Shown one piece after another: positions 53,570-64,000 of a DNA stretch of 64,000 bases. The position numbers and the translations under genes are program-made. Position 1 is the stretch's first letter; each line of letters opens with the position of its first letter. Source of the stretch: Eledone cirrhosa (taxonomy: Eukaryota); the NCBI GenBank assembly GCA_964016885.1, contig OZ024751.1, forward strand, positions 248,001-312,000. The letters are read 5' to 3'. The notes beneath the pieces are model-generated. The model saw nothing but the letters and a program-made list of their open reading frames with translations. It made no database searches and had not been told where the DNA came from.

Positions 53570-54960
53570 AGAAAGAGTTATAGCACAGCTGATTAGGGAC
53601 CGGGTGAATATAGACGAGATGCAATTTGGGTTTGTACCAGGGAAAGGCACCACTGATGCCCTCTTCCTTGTGAGGCAATTACAGGAAAAGTACCTAGCTA
53701 AAAGTAAGCCACTCTACTTGGCATTTGTCGACCTTGAGAAAGCCTTTGACAGAGTTCCACGTGCAGTAATCTGGTGGGCTCTTAGAAAACTAGGAGTAGA
53801 TGAATGGCTTGTGAAAGCGGTACAAGCCATGTATAGGGGAGCAGTCAGCAAAGTTAGGATTGGCAATGAGTATAGCGAGGAATTTAGCGTACAGGTTGGG
53901 GTCCACCAGGGCTCTGTTCTTAGCCCTCTCCTGTTCATCATAGTCCTGCAGGCAATAACGGAGGAGTTTAAGACCGGATGCCCATGGGAACTCCTGTATG
54001 CTGATGACCTCGCACTCATAGCTGAATCTATGGTAGAACTAGAGAATAAATTCCAAACCTGGAAGCAGGGACTAGAGAGAAAGGGCCTCAAAGTCAACAT
54101 GACAAAGACTAAGGTCCTTATAAGTAGACGAGAAAACAGAACCCAGATCCCCTCAGGGAAATGGCCTTGCTCAGTATGTAGGAAAGGTGTAGGTAGGAAC
54201 TCCATTCTCTGCCCCAAATGCAAACAATGGGTACACAAGAGATGTAGCGGGATCTCAGGAAGCTTAATTAAGAATGTAGGATTCACATGCAGCAGCTGTG
54301 CTGAAACAGCAAGCAAACAGCCACAGGAAACAAGTACCACCAATCTCTGGGAGGGCCCTGTAGAAACAGTAGACAGCTTCTGCTACCTAGGTGACCGAAT
54401 TAGCAACGGAGGTGGGTGCTCAGAAAGTACAATAACTAGGGTAAGAACGGGATGGAAGAAGTTTAGGGAACTACTACCACTGCTAGCTGCAAAAGGCTTC
54501 TCCCTCAGAATGAAAGGCAGACTGTATGATGCGTGTATCCGAACAGCGATGTTGCATGGTAGTGAGACCTGGACGCTGAAGGTGGAAGACTTACGTAGAT
54601 TAGAGAGAAACGAAGCCTGCATGCTCCGATGGATGTGTAACAGTAATATACGTGAACGACAAAGCATAAAGGAATTGAGAGAGAGACTGAGCATAAGAGG
54701 AATCAAATGCTGCGTGCAGGAGAGGCGGTTACGCTGGTATGGACATGTGATGCGTATGAAGGATGACAGCTGCATAAAAAGGTGCAGAGCACTAGAAGTT
54801 GATGGAAACCGCGGAGTGGGGAGACCCAAGATGACTTGGGATGAGGTGATAAAAGCCGACCTTACCCAACTACACCTCTCAAAGTCAATGACACACGACC
54901 GTGACTTCTGGCGTCACACAGTAATACAGGGTACCCGACCTCCCATGGGTACATGCTGAA
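53570..54960 (+). mobile_element. 5'-truncated RTE-clade LINE (intact RT/C-terminal ORF 53604-54959)
   Basis: QFGFVPGKGTTDA, FVDLEKAFDRVPR, GVHQGSVLSPLLF, LYADDL, LRWYGHVMRM. Confidence 0.92.
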
Positions 54961-54994
54961 GCATATAAACAATATGCCCCCCCCCCCCCACCGC

Positions 54995-55250
54995 AAGGTG
55001 GTCGTGGAGGTGCCACGGCAAAAAAGCACCCAGCCCACACTGTAAAGTGGACGTGTAGGCGCCACGAAAAAGCACCCAGCACTCACTGTAAATGAGGTTG
55101 GTGTTAGGAAGGGCATCCAGCTGTAGAAATCAAGCCAGATCAGTTCCTGTATGAGCAAGGCATGGTCAGCCGACCAGACACTGCCCACAACAGGACAACC
55201 CGTCTAACCCATGCTAGCGTGGAAGAACGGACGTAAAACGGTGATGATGA
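54995..55250 (+). mobile_element. SINE 3' part (same family)
   Basis: aaaaagcacccagc..cactgtaaa repeats, conserved motif and tail. Confidence 0.7.
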
Positions 55251-55637
55251 AAACACTATAATTGCTGTATAGTGTCTATAGTTACAAGGATAGGTGCTGC
55301 ACTATTTCTTCTGGCTCTTAACATTCTAATTTCAAATCCAGCTAACATCAACTTTGCCTTTCATCCTTCTGAGGTCAATAAAATAATATACCAGTCATCT
55401 CCTGAGACTGATACAATCAACTTTCCTTCCTGCCATAAATTGCTGGCCTTGTGCCAAACTTAAAAGCCATTATTAAAACCAGAACATAAACAAAGGAATG
55501 TTCCTCTTGTTATTTCCGGTTTTATCCTGACCAATCCTAAAACTTTTCTTTGATATTTGATTTTCATGTGTTTTCCTTAACACCAAACACCACCAACTTC
55601 TGAATCACTAATTTCTAACACATACTTAAGGCTTTAA

Positions 55638-55970
55638 TTTTAACCCTTTGGTTACCTTATTTCTAATAATATATAGTATTTTAACCCTTTTGGTTACCCT
55701 ATTTCTAATAATATATATTATTTTAACCCTTTTGGTTACCCTATTTCTAATAATATATAGTATTTTACCCTTTTGATTACCCTATTTCTAATAATATATA
55801 GTATTTTAACCCTTTTGGTTACCCTATTTCTAATAATATATAGTATTTTAACCCTTTTGGTTACCCTATTTCTAATAATATATAGTATTTTACCCTTTTG
55901 ATTACCCTATTTCTAATAATATATAGTATTTTACCCTTTTGGTTACCCTATTTCTAATAATATATAGTAT
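55638..55970. repeat. Minisatellite, ~41-42 bp x ~8
   Basis: Unit ttttaacccttttggttaccctatttctaataatatatagta. Confidence 0.9.
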
Positions 55971-56394
55971 GTGTTTCAATTTTAACCCTTTGGTTGCCAC
56001 ATTTCTAATGAAATACAGTCAATATGTTTCAATTTTAACCCTTTGTTACCATATTTCTAATGAAATAAAAAGTCTGTGTGTTTCAATTTAAACTCTTGAT
56101 TCTTGGGTGAAGTGGAAGGAAATTACAGGAGAGGGAGCCCAAGAAAGACCTAGGAAGAATCTCCGAGAATTTATCCTGAATTGCTGAAGCTCACAGAAGA
56201 GATGACAAAGGGATGAAATAAGTGGAGCGACACTGTGCTGCTAAAAACCCCATCCAAACCATGCATGGAAAAGCCAACATAAATCGATGATGATGATGTT
56301 TAGTAAAATATATACAGTCTATATGTTTCAATTTTAACCCTTTTGGTACCATATTTCTAATGAAATATAGACTATATGTTTCAAATAGTTTCAG

Positions 56395-56877
56395 AGCACT
56401 TTTTGCTGTGACACCAACACAAACCACTTTACAGTGTGGGCTGGGCACTTTTTGCTGTGACACCAACACAAACCACTTTACAGTGTGGGCTGGGCACTTT
56501 TTGTTGTGACACCAACACAACCACTTTACAGTGTGGGCTGGGCACTTTTTGTTGTAACACCAACACAAACCACTTTACAGTGTGGGCTGGGCACTTTTTG
56601 TTGTGACACCAACACAAACCACTTTACAGTGTGGACTGGGCACTTTTTGTTGTGACCCCAACACAACCACTTTACAGTGTGGGCTGGGCACTTTTTGTTG
56701 TGACACCAACACAACCAGTTTACAGTGTGGGCTGGGACTTTTTGTTGTGACACCAACACAACCACTTTACAGTGTGGGCTGGGACTTTTTGCTGTGACAC
56801 CAACACAAACCACTTTACAGTGTGGGCTGGGCACTTTTTGCTGTGACACCAACACAAACCACTTTACAGTGTGGGCT
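56395..56877. repeat. Minisatellite, ~45-46 bp x ~10.5
   Basis: Unit gcactttttg(c/t)tgtgacaccaacacaaaccactttacagtgtgggctgg. Confidence 0.92.
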
Positions 56878-57199
56878 AAAACTTCACATATCTCTCTCTC
56901 TCTCTCCCCTGATCTCGTTTTCTTTTGCCTTTCACCTCTCTCTCTCTATCTCTCTCCCTCTCTTTTTCTCTCTCTCTCTCTAATGTTCCTCTAATTCCAA
57001 CATTTTAGAAATTTAAGACCTGAAATTTTAGAAATACAACTCCTAACCTTCTTTTGATACCAAATCACTTGAAACCACACCTGGTTCTAAAATACAAAAC
57101 TTTATTGTTCTAAAGTGTTTATATTTATCTAAAAACCATACATAAAAATGTTATGTAAGAATCCAGTTTAATAATGAGAAAGTTAGTTATATTACTAAA

Positions 57200-57630
57200 T
57201 CTCACCATGAAACTTGGGTAATGACCAAAAGAATATGATTGTGAATACAAGCAGCCGAAATGGGGTTCTTCTGAAAAGTCTTTGGAATAATGTTATTCGA
57301 TAGAGTGTGTAGCTCAGAAATCAGAGAGTCGGTCCAAGTAGAACCACTACTTCTCCAAATTGAGAGATAACAGCTCCAATACTATGGGCTTGTCTCAGGA
57401 AAGAATTGTTGGACAGATTTTTCAGGCAAAACCAACTGGCAGGAGACCCAAGAGTAGACCCCGAGCAAGATGATTGGATAACATCCATGAGTTTGGCTGG
57501 TCAAGCTTAGGGATCCAGCCGGATCAGTTGGAGATGATTGCTTCTGACAGGACCCACTGAAAGGAGTGTTTTAGGACTCTGCCCCCACAACCCACCCAAG
57601 GAGGGGAGGAGAAGAAGAAGGAGGAGGAGG
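57200..57630 (+). mobile_element. Degenerate RTE C-terminal fragment
   Basis: Translates to ...SSEIRESVQVEPLLLQIER*QLQYYG...GRRPKSRPRAR; purine-rich simple tail. Confidence 0.65.
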
Positions 57631-57740
57631 CTTTGATTTGAGAGGAAACCCCTTTAAAATTGGAGGCTTAATTTCATAGAAACAAAGGTGGTTTGGGGTA
57701 GGTTGATCTCAATCTCTAAAGGGTTAATCTATTAATCTAC

Positions 57741-57848
57741 GCTGACTGTGTTGGCAGTACATATTACAAAAATTGGAACAATACAGAAAAGATTAGACAG
57801 GTCTCTGTGCACGAATGACATGCAAAATTGTGAAATGTTCCATATTTT
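57741..57848 (+). pseudogene. U6 snRNA pseudogene
   Basis: ggcagtacatattacaaaaattggaacaatacagaaaagattag...atgacatgcaaaattgtgaaatgttccatatttt aligns with U6 over its length; the ACAGAGA box is mutated to ACAGAAA. Confidence 0.9.
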
Positions 57849-58205
57849 ATATTAGAAAAAAAATGGAGTGATGTGGGGTTAAGATTACTTAAATTTCAGC
57901 AATCGTTGGTTTACATTGAGATAATCCAGAACTACAAGGAGTTGATGTTAGTTATGGTTGACACCTGTTTTAGCAATTTAGGGCTTAGAATGTTAGCCAA
58001 TATATGTGTGTGTAGATGAGTGCGTGTGTATATATATATATATATATATGAATACACAAATATATATCAGTGTGTCTATGTATACATATGTTCGTGTAAA
58101 TACACATACACATACATACAAACGTGTGTGTATATATATATAGAGATATATACACACAGATATGTATCAATGTGTGTATGTACATGTAAATACAAACACA
58201 CATAC

Positions 58206-61200
58206 ATGATGGCTGCAAACTCTGCCAAGAGTATTGCAATCGTTTGTCAGATTCAGATGTGGGACGCTCGGATATGGCTTTTCAAGCCTGCTAGAGACTT
58301 GCACTCCTTCACACACTGACGACAACTATGGATCTCCCTGGCTTGAGTTCCGGCATCAGGTTGCCCGTGAACCCTCACAATACCGTGGAGATCATACTTC
58401 ACTGGTTCTCTTTGAACATGGCTGCAACTGTGGCTCCTGAGACCAGATTTGCTCAAGCAAATTTTTCCACACTCTGGGCACTTCAATTCAATGGAGACAC
58501 CGATCATTTCGAGAGACACCAGGGCATTGCTTACGCACATCCCGTTTGATCTTCTCGTGCTCTATGCATCTGTCCTCAAAATTATGGACTCCATCATTCA
58601 CCATTCCACGCCAAGTTTCTCTTTCAAGAGCGTCTATCTCCCAGTCAGCCATCATCAAACCAGTTCTTTTCAATGAGTCTTTTACACAATCCTTGAATCA
58701 GAGCTTTGGTTTGTGAGGTTGTCTCTTACCCTCACAAAGCTCGCCATACAAGAGTTGTTTTGGGATTCGATCATCCTCCATTCTGCAGAGGTGTCCGGTC
58801 CATCGCAAACACCATTGGTGGATGATACTCTCAATGCTCTGACACTCACTTCTCTCAAGGACCTCAACATCACTCACATGCATCTGCCACTTGATACCGA
58901 GCATCTTTCTGAGACACTGCTGGTGAAACCGTTCCAGTCTGTGGATATGCCGTTTGTAGGCAACCCATGTCTCACATGCATACAGCAAAGCTGACAGTAC
59001 ACATGCAGCATACACTCTCACCTTGGTCCTCATTGTGATTCTCGACAGCACCAAAGACGGTCGATGAGCCTTCCAAATGACTCACTTGCCTTACTAACAC
59101 GTAGACCAACTTCTGCATCCAGAGAGCAGGTCATACTCAGAGTACTCCCCAAATACACAAATGGGTCAGCAGCCTTCAGCTTTTGACCATATACGTGTAT
59201 GGAGGGTTCATTGAAAACTTTATCTGGAGAAAGTTGGTACATGATGACAGTCTTCTTCAGACTGATTGTCAGTCCCAAAGCACTGCACAAATTGGAAAAA
59301 GAATCCATAAGGTGTTGCATGTCACTCTGGGAGTGTGCAAAGAGATCACAATCATCTGCATATAAAAATTCTCTGATCAAGGTACTCAGTACCTTAGTGT
59401 TGGCAGTGGGACACCTAAGGTTAAACAGCTTGCCGGAAGTGCGATATCTGAGATAGATACCATGTTGACAATCCTTGAAGGCCATGAAGAACACCATCGC
59501 GAAACACAGGGCAAACAAAATTGGTGCAGGTATATCACCCTGCTTCACACCATTTTCAACCAAGATTGGCTCAGACAGTTTACCTCCAGCATTCACCCAT
59601 GCCTGCATGTCACCGTGGAAGAGTTTCAGAAATAATCCACAAAGCCTTCCGATTAACGGTGTCAAATGCCTTGGTCAGATCGATAAAAACTTGGTATAAG
59701 TCCATGCGCTTCTCAATGCATTTCTCTTGAAGTTGTTTGGCGGAGAATATCATGTCAACAGTACCTCTGCCATTCCTAAAGCCACATTGGGACTCAGGAA
59801 GTACCTCAACAGCAATGTGCTGTATCAATCTGTCCAACAATATCCTGCACAGATAGCAGTGAAATACCTCTGTAGTTGCCACAGTCATCTTTGGCTCCAT
59901 TTCCTTTGTAAAGTACCACCATCAATGCATCTTTCCAATCCTGTGGCACATCTTCTTCATTCCAAACATTCACAAATAGGTCAGTGAGGCGGTTTAAGGA
60001 GTTATCACCAGCACACTTGAAAATCTCGGCACTCAGTCCATCCATTCCAGGTGACTTGCCGCTGTTTAATTTGGCAATGGCCTTCGCCACCTCATCAAAT
60101 GAAGGAGGATCGGCCATTGCCAGCTTTGTAAGTCTGGATGGAATCAACCAGATGAACTCATCATCAATTTCTGATGGTCTGTTGAGAAGCTCATCAAAGT
60201 GGTCATGCCACCTGATCAGGATTTCCTTCAGATCTCTGAGCAATTCCTTGCCATCCCCGGAGCGAAGTGGTGATATTTGTGAACCGGTCGGACCATACAC
60301 CACCCTGAGCAGACTGTATAGGAGCTTGTATCATGTCTATCTGAGGCCTTCTGCATGGCTCTCAATCGATGTTGCACACGTGCCTTGATCTGCCTGAAGG
60401 TCCGGTCACTCCCGTCAGAATGTGTCTCACACAACAATGATGTCAGCCCTTTTTGTTTCTCTTCAAGCAAGGTCTGGATCACTGGATCATTTTCATCGAA
60501 CCAGTCTTTATGCTTTCTATTGGTATTACCCAAAACTCCAGCACTAACATCATAGATGGTTTTCTTCAATGATTCCCAAGTGTTTTCACATTCCATGAAC
60601 TCAAGGGACCTCGACAGCTCAGCTCTGACTTTCTCTGTTTTCAGACGAGCCACGTTTAGTTGTTTTGGAAGTGCAACCTTCTTCCCCCTTACTTTGGGCT
60701 TCACAACAAATTGAAACTTGGCACGCACCAGACGATGATCAGTCCAACATTCCGCGCCTCGCAATACACGAACCAATGTGATATCCCTGATATCACGTTT
60801 TCTCGTTAAAACAAAGTCAATAAGGTGCCACTTCTTGGAACCTGGATGCATCCAAGTTGTCTTATATTTGTCTTTCTGCTGAAAGAGTGTGTTCCCAACA
60901 ACAAGATCCATCTCAGTGCACATCTGCAACAGAAGAAGGCCATTGTTATTGCACTTACCTTCGCCATGCTTGCCCATCACACTCTAAACTTCCCAGTCAT
61001 TACCAACACATGCATTAAAATCATCAAGGATGACAATCTTGTCTGCGTAAGGTATACCATGGACCACCTCTCTCAAAGACATGTAGAAACTTAGTTTTTC
61101 ATCATCACTAGCAAACATAGTAGGACCATACACATTGACCAGAGTCACAAAGCGGTTTTGAATCAGAGGGACTCTCATGGACATTATCCGATCATTGAAT

Positions 61201-62078
61201 CCACAAGGAAGATTTTCCAGCTTTGAAACGATTCCATTCCTGACTGCAAATGCGACCCATGCCTCTCTCCTACAACCCTATGCTCCACCACTCCAATAGA
61301 AGGTATATCCTCCCTTCTGTTCTGTGAATTGACCCTCACCTGTCAATCTCGTTTCTGAAAGAGCAACGATGTCCATGCTAAAGCGATCGAGTTCCCTCGA
61401 CACCAAAGCAGATCTTCTTTCAGGGCGAGTTTTACTGGACTGGGAATCCAGTAAAGTTCTTACATTCCAACATCCAATATTCAGAGATTTGAACCTCCTT
61501 GCAGTTGTAGGATGATGACCGGGCCCACGCTGTGGTGCCATGGGATACCTGCTGGGCCAGACCCCTTCACAATAAGTTCCAGAGCCCTTACTGCCATTGA
61601 CTTCAAGGTGCACTTTTAGGCTACGGCCAGCCACACAAACCTGTAACAGATCCTGAATAAGTGATGCCTGTGCTTTGAAGGTTTTTTAAGTGGGGAAAGG
61701 CCTTGCACGCGACCAATCCCACCCGCTGAGCATCAAAAACACTACCCGAAAAGGAGAACTAGTCAATATCATCAGATGCTTCCAAAGCCGCAAGTTTTTT
61801 TTCAGAGTTTCCCTCTCTTAGAAAGGTGTTGAGACAACCACAGGGGGCCCTTCACTCCCAGGTAGAAAAAAAAAAAATAAGTACTATTTGGATGGCCGTT
61901 GACTGCTGAGTTCCTCCGCCCTTTGCCAGGTCTTGTATTTCATCCCGCAGGGTGTACAAATATCACCCTCCCCACCAAGCAAGCTTGGTGAGGTTGCCGC
62001 GGTTTAGTCGCCGATGACCTGACCATGAGACAGGTAGTACTAGGTTACATGTTACCAGTAGCACTCCAGAGCAATCTC
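58206..62078 (-). mobile_element. Full-length decayed RTE-clade (BovB-like) LINE
   Basis: Frameshifted fragments: APE (GCWNVRTLLD, DIVALSETRL, WTDHRLV), RT (NYRGISLLS, FIDLTKAFDTVNR, GVKQGD, LYADDC), LRWTGHLCRM, and C-terminal C2H2 fingers (CPECGKICLSKSGLRSH; [17 protein letters not shown]); ~450-bp 5' UTR; TATG-type tail. Confidence 0.93.
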
Positions 62079-62184
62079 ATACACACATACATATATACAT
62101 ATATACATACATATTACACATATATCACATACACACGTGTTTGTGTACTTATGTATATGTGTGTATGTATATTTGTATATATAT

Positions 62185-62514
62185 ATATTTACCAAAAAGA
62201 AGAACAAGTCAACATCATTGGATACCATCTTGGTTAAGAGAGTGGGACTGGCTTTGTGCAGTGCCTTTGCTCACTATAAAAGCTTCACGGCACAGGCATT
62301 GCTTTATACCTGGAGATCTCTCTGCACTTGTCGTCACATGGTACCATGGGCCCAGCACTATATGTCAATAATTGTCACAAGTGTAGTGTTTGTACCAGAG
62401 TTTTCAAGTCGCTGGCTGGACTAAAAAGTCACACTCGTTCAGCACATCGGTAGGGGTTCTCCTACATGGATATAAAGTAGTGGCCGTACTCGAAAACGAG
62501 TTGGCAGCCACCAT
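62185..62514 (+). mobile_element. R element copy 5 with a 5' inversion
   Basis: 62226-62514 is the sense 3' part; 62185-62229 is the adjacent upstream segment in inverted orientation. Confidence 0.85.
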
Positions 62515-64000
62515 ATATATATATATATATATATATATTCACACACAGTCAGGAAATGGCTGTTGGACAGGCAAGAGCTCAGCCATCAAGACCCGAGTTT
62601 CTCTAATATAAGCTATACTCTACTATCCCTAGTATTGAGTACTCTGTTGAGTAATGGTCTAACTAGTTTTAAACTGGTTAAATCCTTATATATATATGCC
62701 CCCCCCCCCCGTAGGTCCCCTACACCCCATACCAATGACCAATGGACAACAACAACCACCCATAGTTTGTGGTCCCTATGGTGGTTGGTCCACCGGATCC
62801 TCTACTGGTTAGGAGTCAACAAAACCATGTTTATTGAACCTGAGGACCCCCCCCCCCCCGGAGCGGCCCACACAGGAAGAACAATTATCCCAAGGTACTA
62901 ACCCTATACGCATAAATGAGTGCCCGCAACCGTGCACTGTGTGTGTATACTGGGACTGCGTGAATGTACACACTCATGTGAACACAACGAAATACCAATA
63001 CCCCAGGCTGGATTTGAAAAATGTTCGAGTGTATGCTTAAGAGTATATTTGTATATGCTCTGTTGTATGAGTGCACATGTGTATATAGACATACACGCGC
63101 ATCCAAAAGTATAAACGTGTGGGTGGGTATGTATGTCTGTACTAACGGACTCGCCTAAGCTCCAAAGCCCCCAAGCTATTGCTGTGAAGATATATATAAC
63201 ACTCTACCTTTGTCTAGTCTAAACAATAACGCTTCCAAACACCTACTTTACTTTTCTTTAAAAATAACACCCACCTAGTTTTATGTCTGCCTTATACTTG
63301 GATATGGGGGCCTCTGTTGTATATATATATGCACTTGTCCGTACATATATACACACACCTGTATGGATTTGTGTGTGTAGATGTGTGTGTGTCTGAGGGG
63401 GTAGGTGTGAGTGTATGTACAAGTCAACCAACATAAGTCTTTTTATTTCTAAAATTTCTAAACTCTCTAAGTATTTGACTCCAACCATTATTTTCAGTAT
63501 TACCACCCCACATTAATTCCCTAATTTGTATGTGTGGATGTGTGTCTCTGTCGGTGGAGGTGGGTGTGAGTGTATGTGCAAGTCAACCTACATAAGTCTT
63601 TTTATTTGTAAATTTTCTAGTCTTCTACTCTAACCATATATATACCACTCCTTATAAATTCCTCAAATTAACAATGACCTGTAGTATCTATTTCATACTA
63701 TTAACCTCAATTGAACATATATCTGACCAGGAATGCTTTTTGTGAAAATCAGTCATATGGATCTATTGTCATCTTGCCTGACAGTTTGAACTTTACAAGA
63801 CCACCTGCTTCTTTGAGGTCAAATACCAACCCTACTAGCATCTACAAACTGACCAATGAGAATTAAGACTATTCCTGCTGACAACATTAAATTATTCCTA
63901 ACAAGCTCATATGTCCCAAGGCTCTGATACCATCAACACTATAAACACAGAGCTGGCATATCTAAGATCTGACTAACTGCCTGATGAGGTCATAGCCATT

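Noticed and set aside
56395-56877. CRISPR-like regular array
   Set aside because: No unique spacers, eukaryotic context, no cas genes; it is a SINE-derived tandem repeat.

Overview
AT-rich, repeat-dense eukaryotic window; the SINE/RTE repertoire and (TA/TACA)n load suggest a mollusc, probably an octopus (inference). The only host gene is an MFSD5-like molybdate-anion transporter with a single coding exon (7683-9035, minus). About 25 kb is TA/TACA microsatellite around a 200-N gap, and all YIYI/MYVC ORFs are artefacts of it. The rest is transposon-derived: three near-identical young CR1/L2-group LINEs, a full-length decayed RTE (BovB-like) LINE, PHD-finger-bearing RTE fragments, a Penelope-like element, CRE-like fragments, a DD37D maT transposon, MITEs, Helitron-like elements, tRNA SINEs and a U6 pseudogene. 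Two signals are not explained by the ORF track. First, about ten minimal type-I hammerhead ribozyme motifs, including a ~299-bp permuted tandem/inverted monomer that looks like a non-LTR retrozyme. Second, a ~610-bp bipartite non-autonomous RTE derivative (5 copies) that appears to target TACA microsatellites in a strand-specific way, interleaved with the young LINEs. All alignments and folds were done by eye, so coordinates are approximate.
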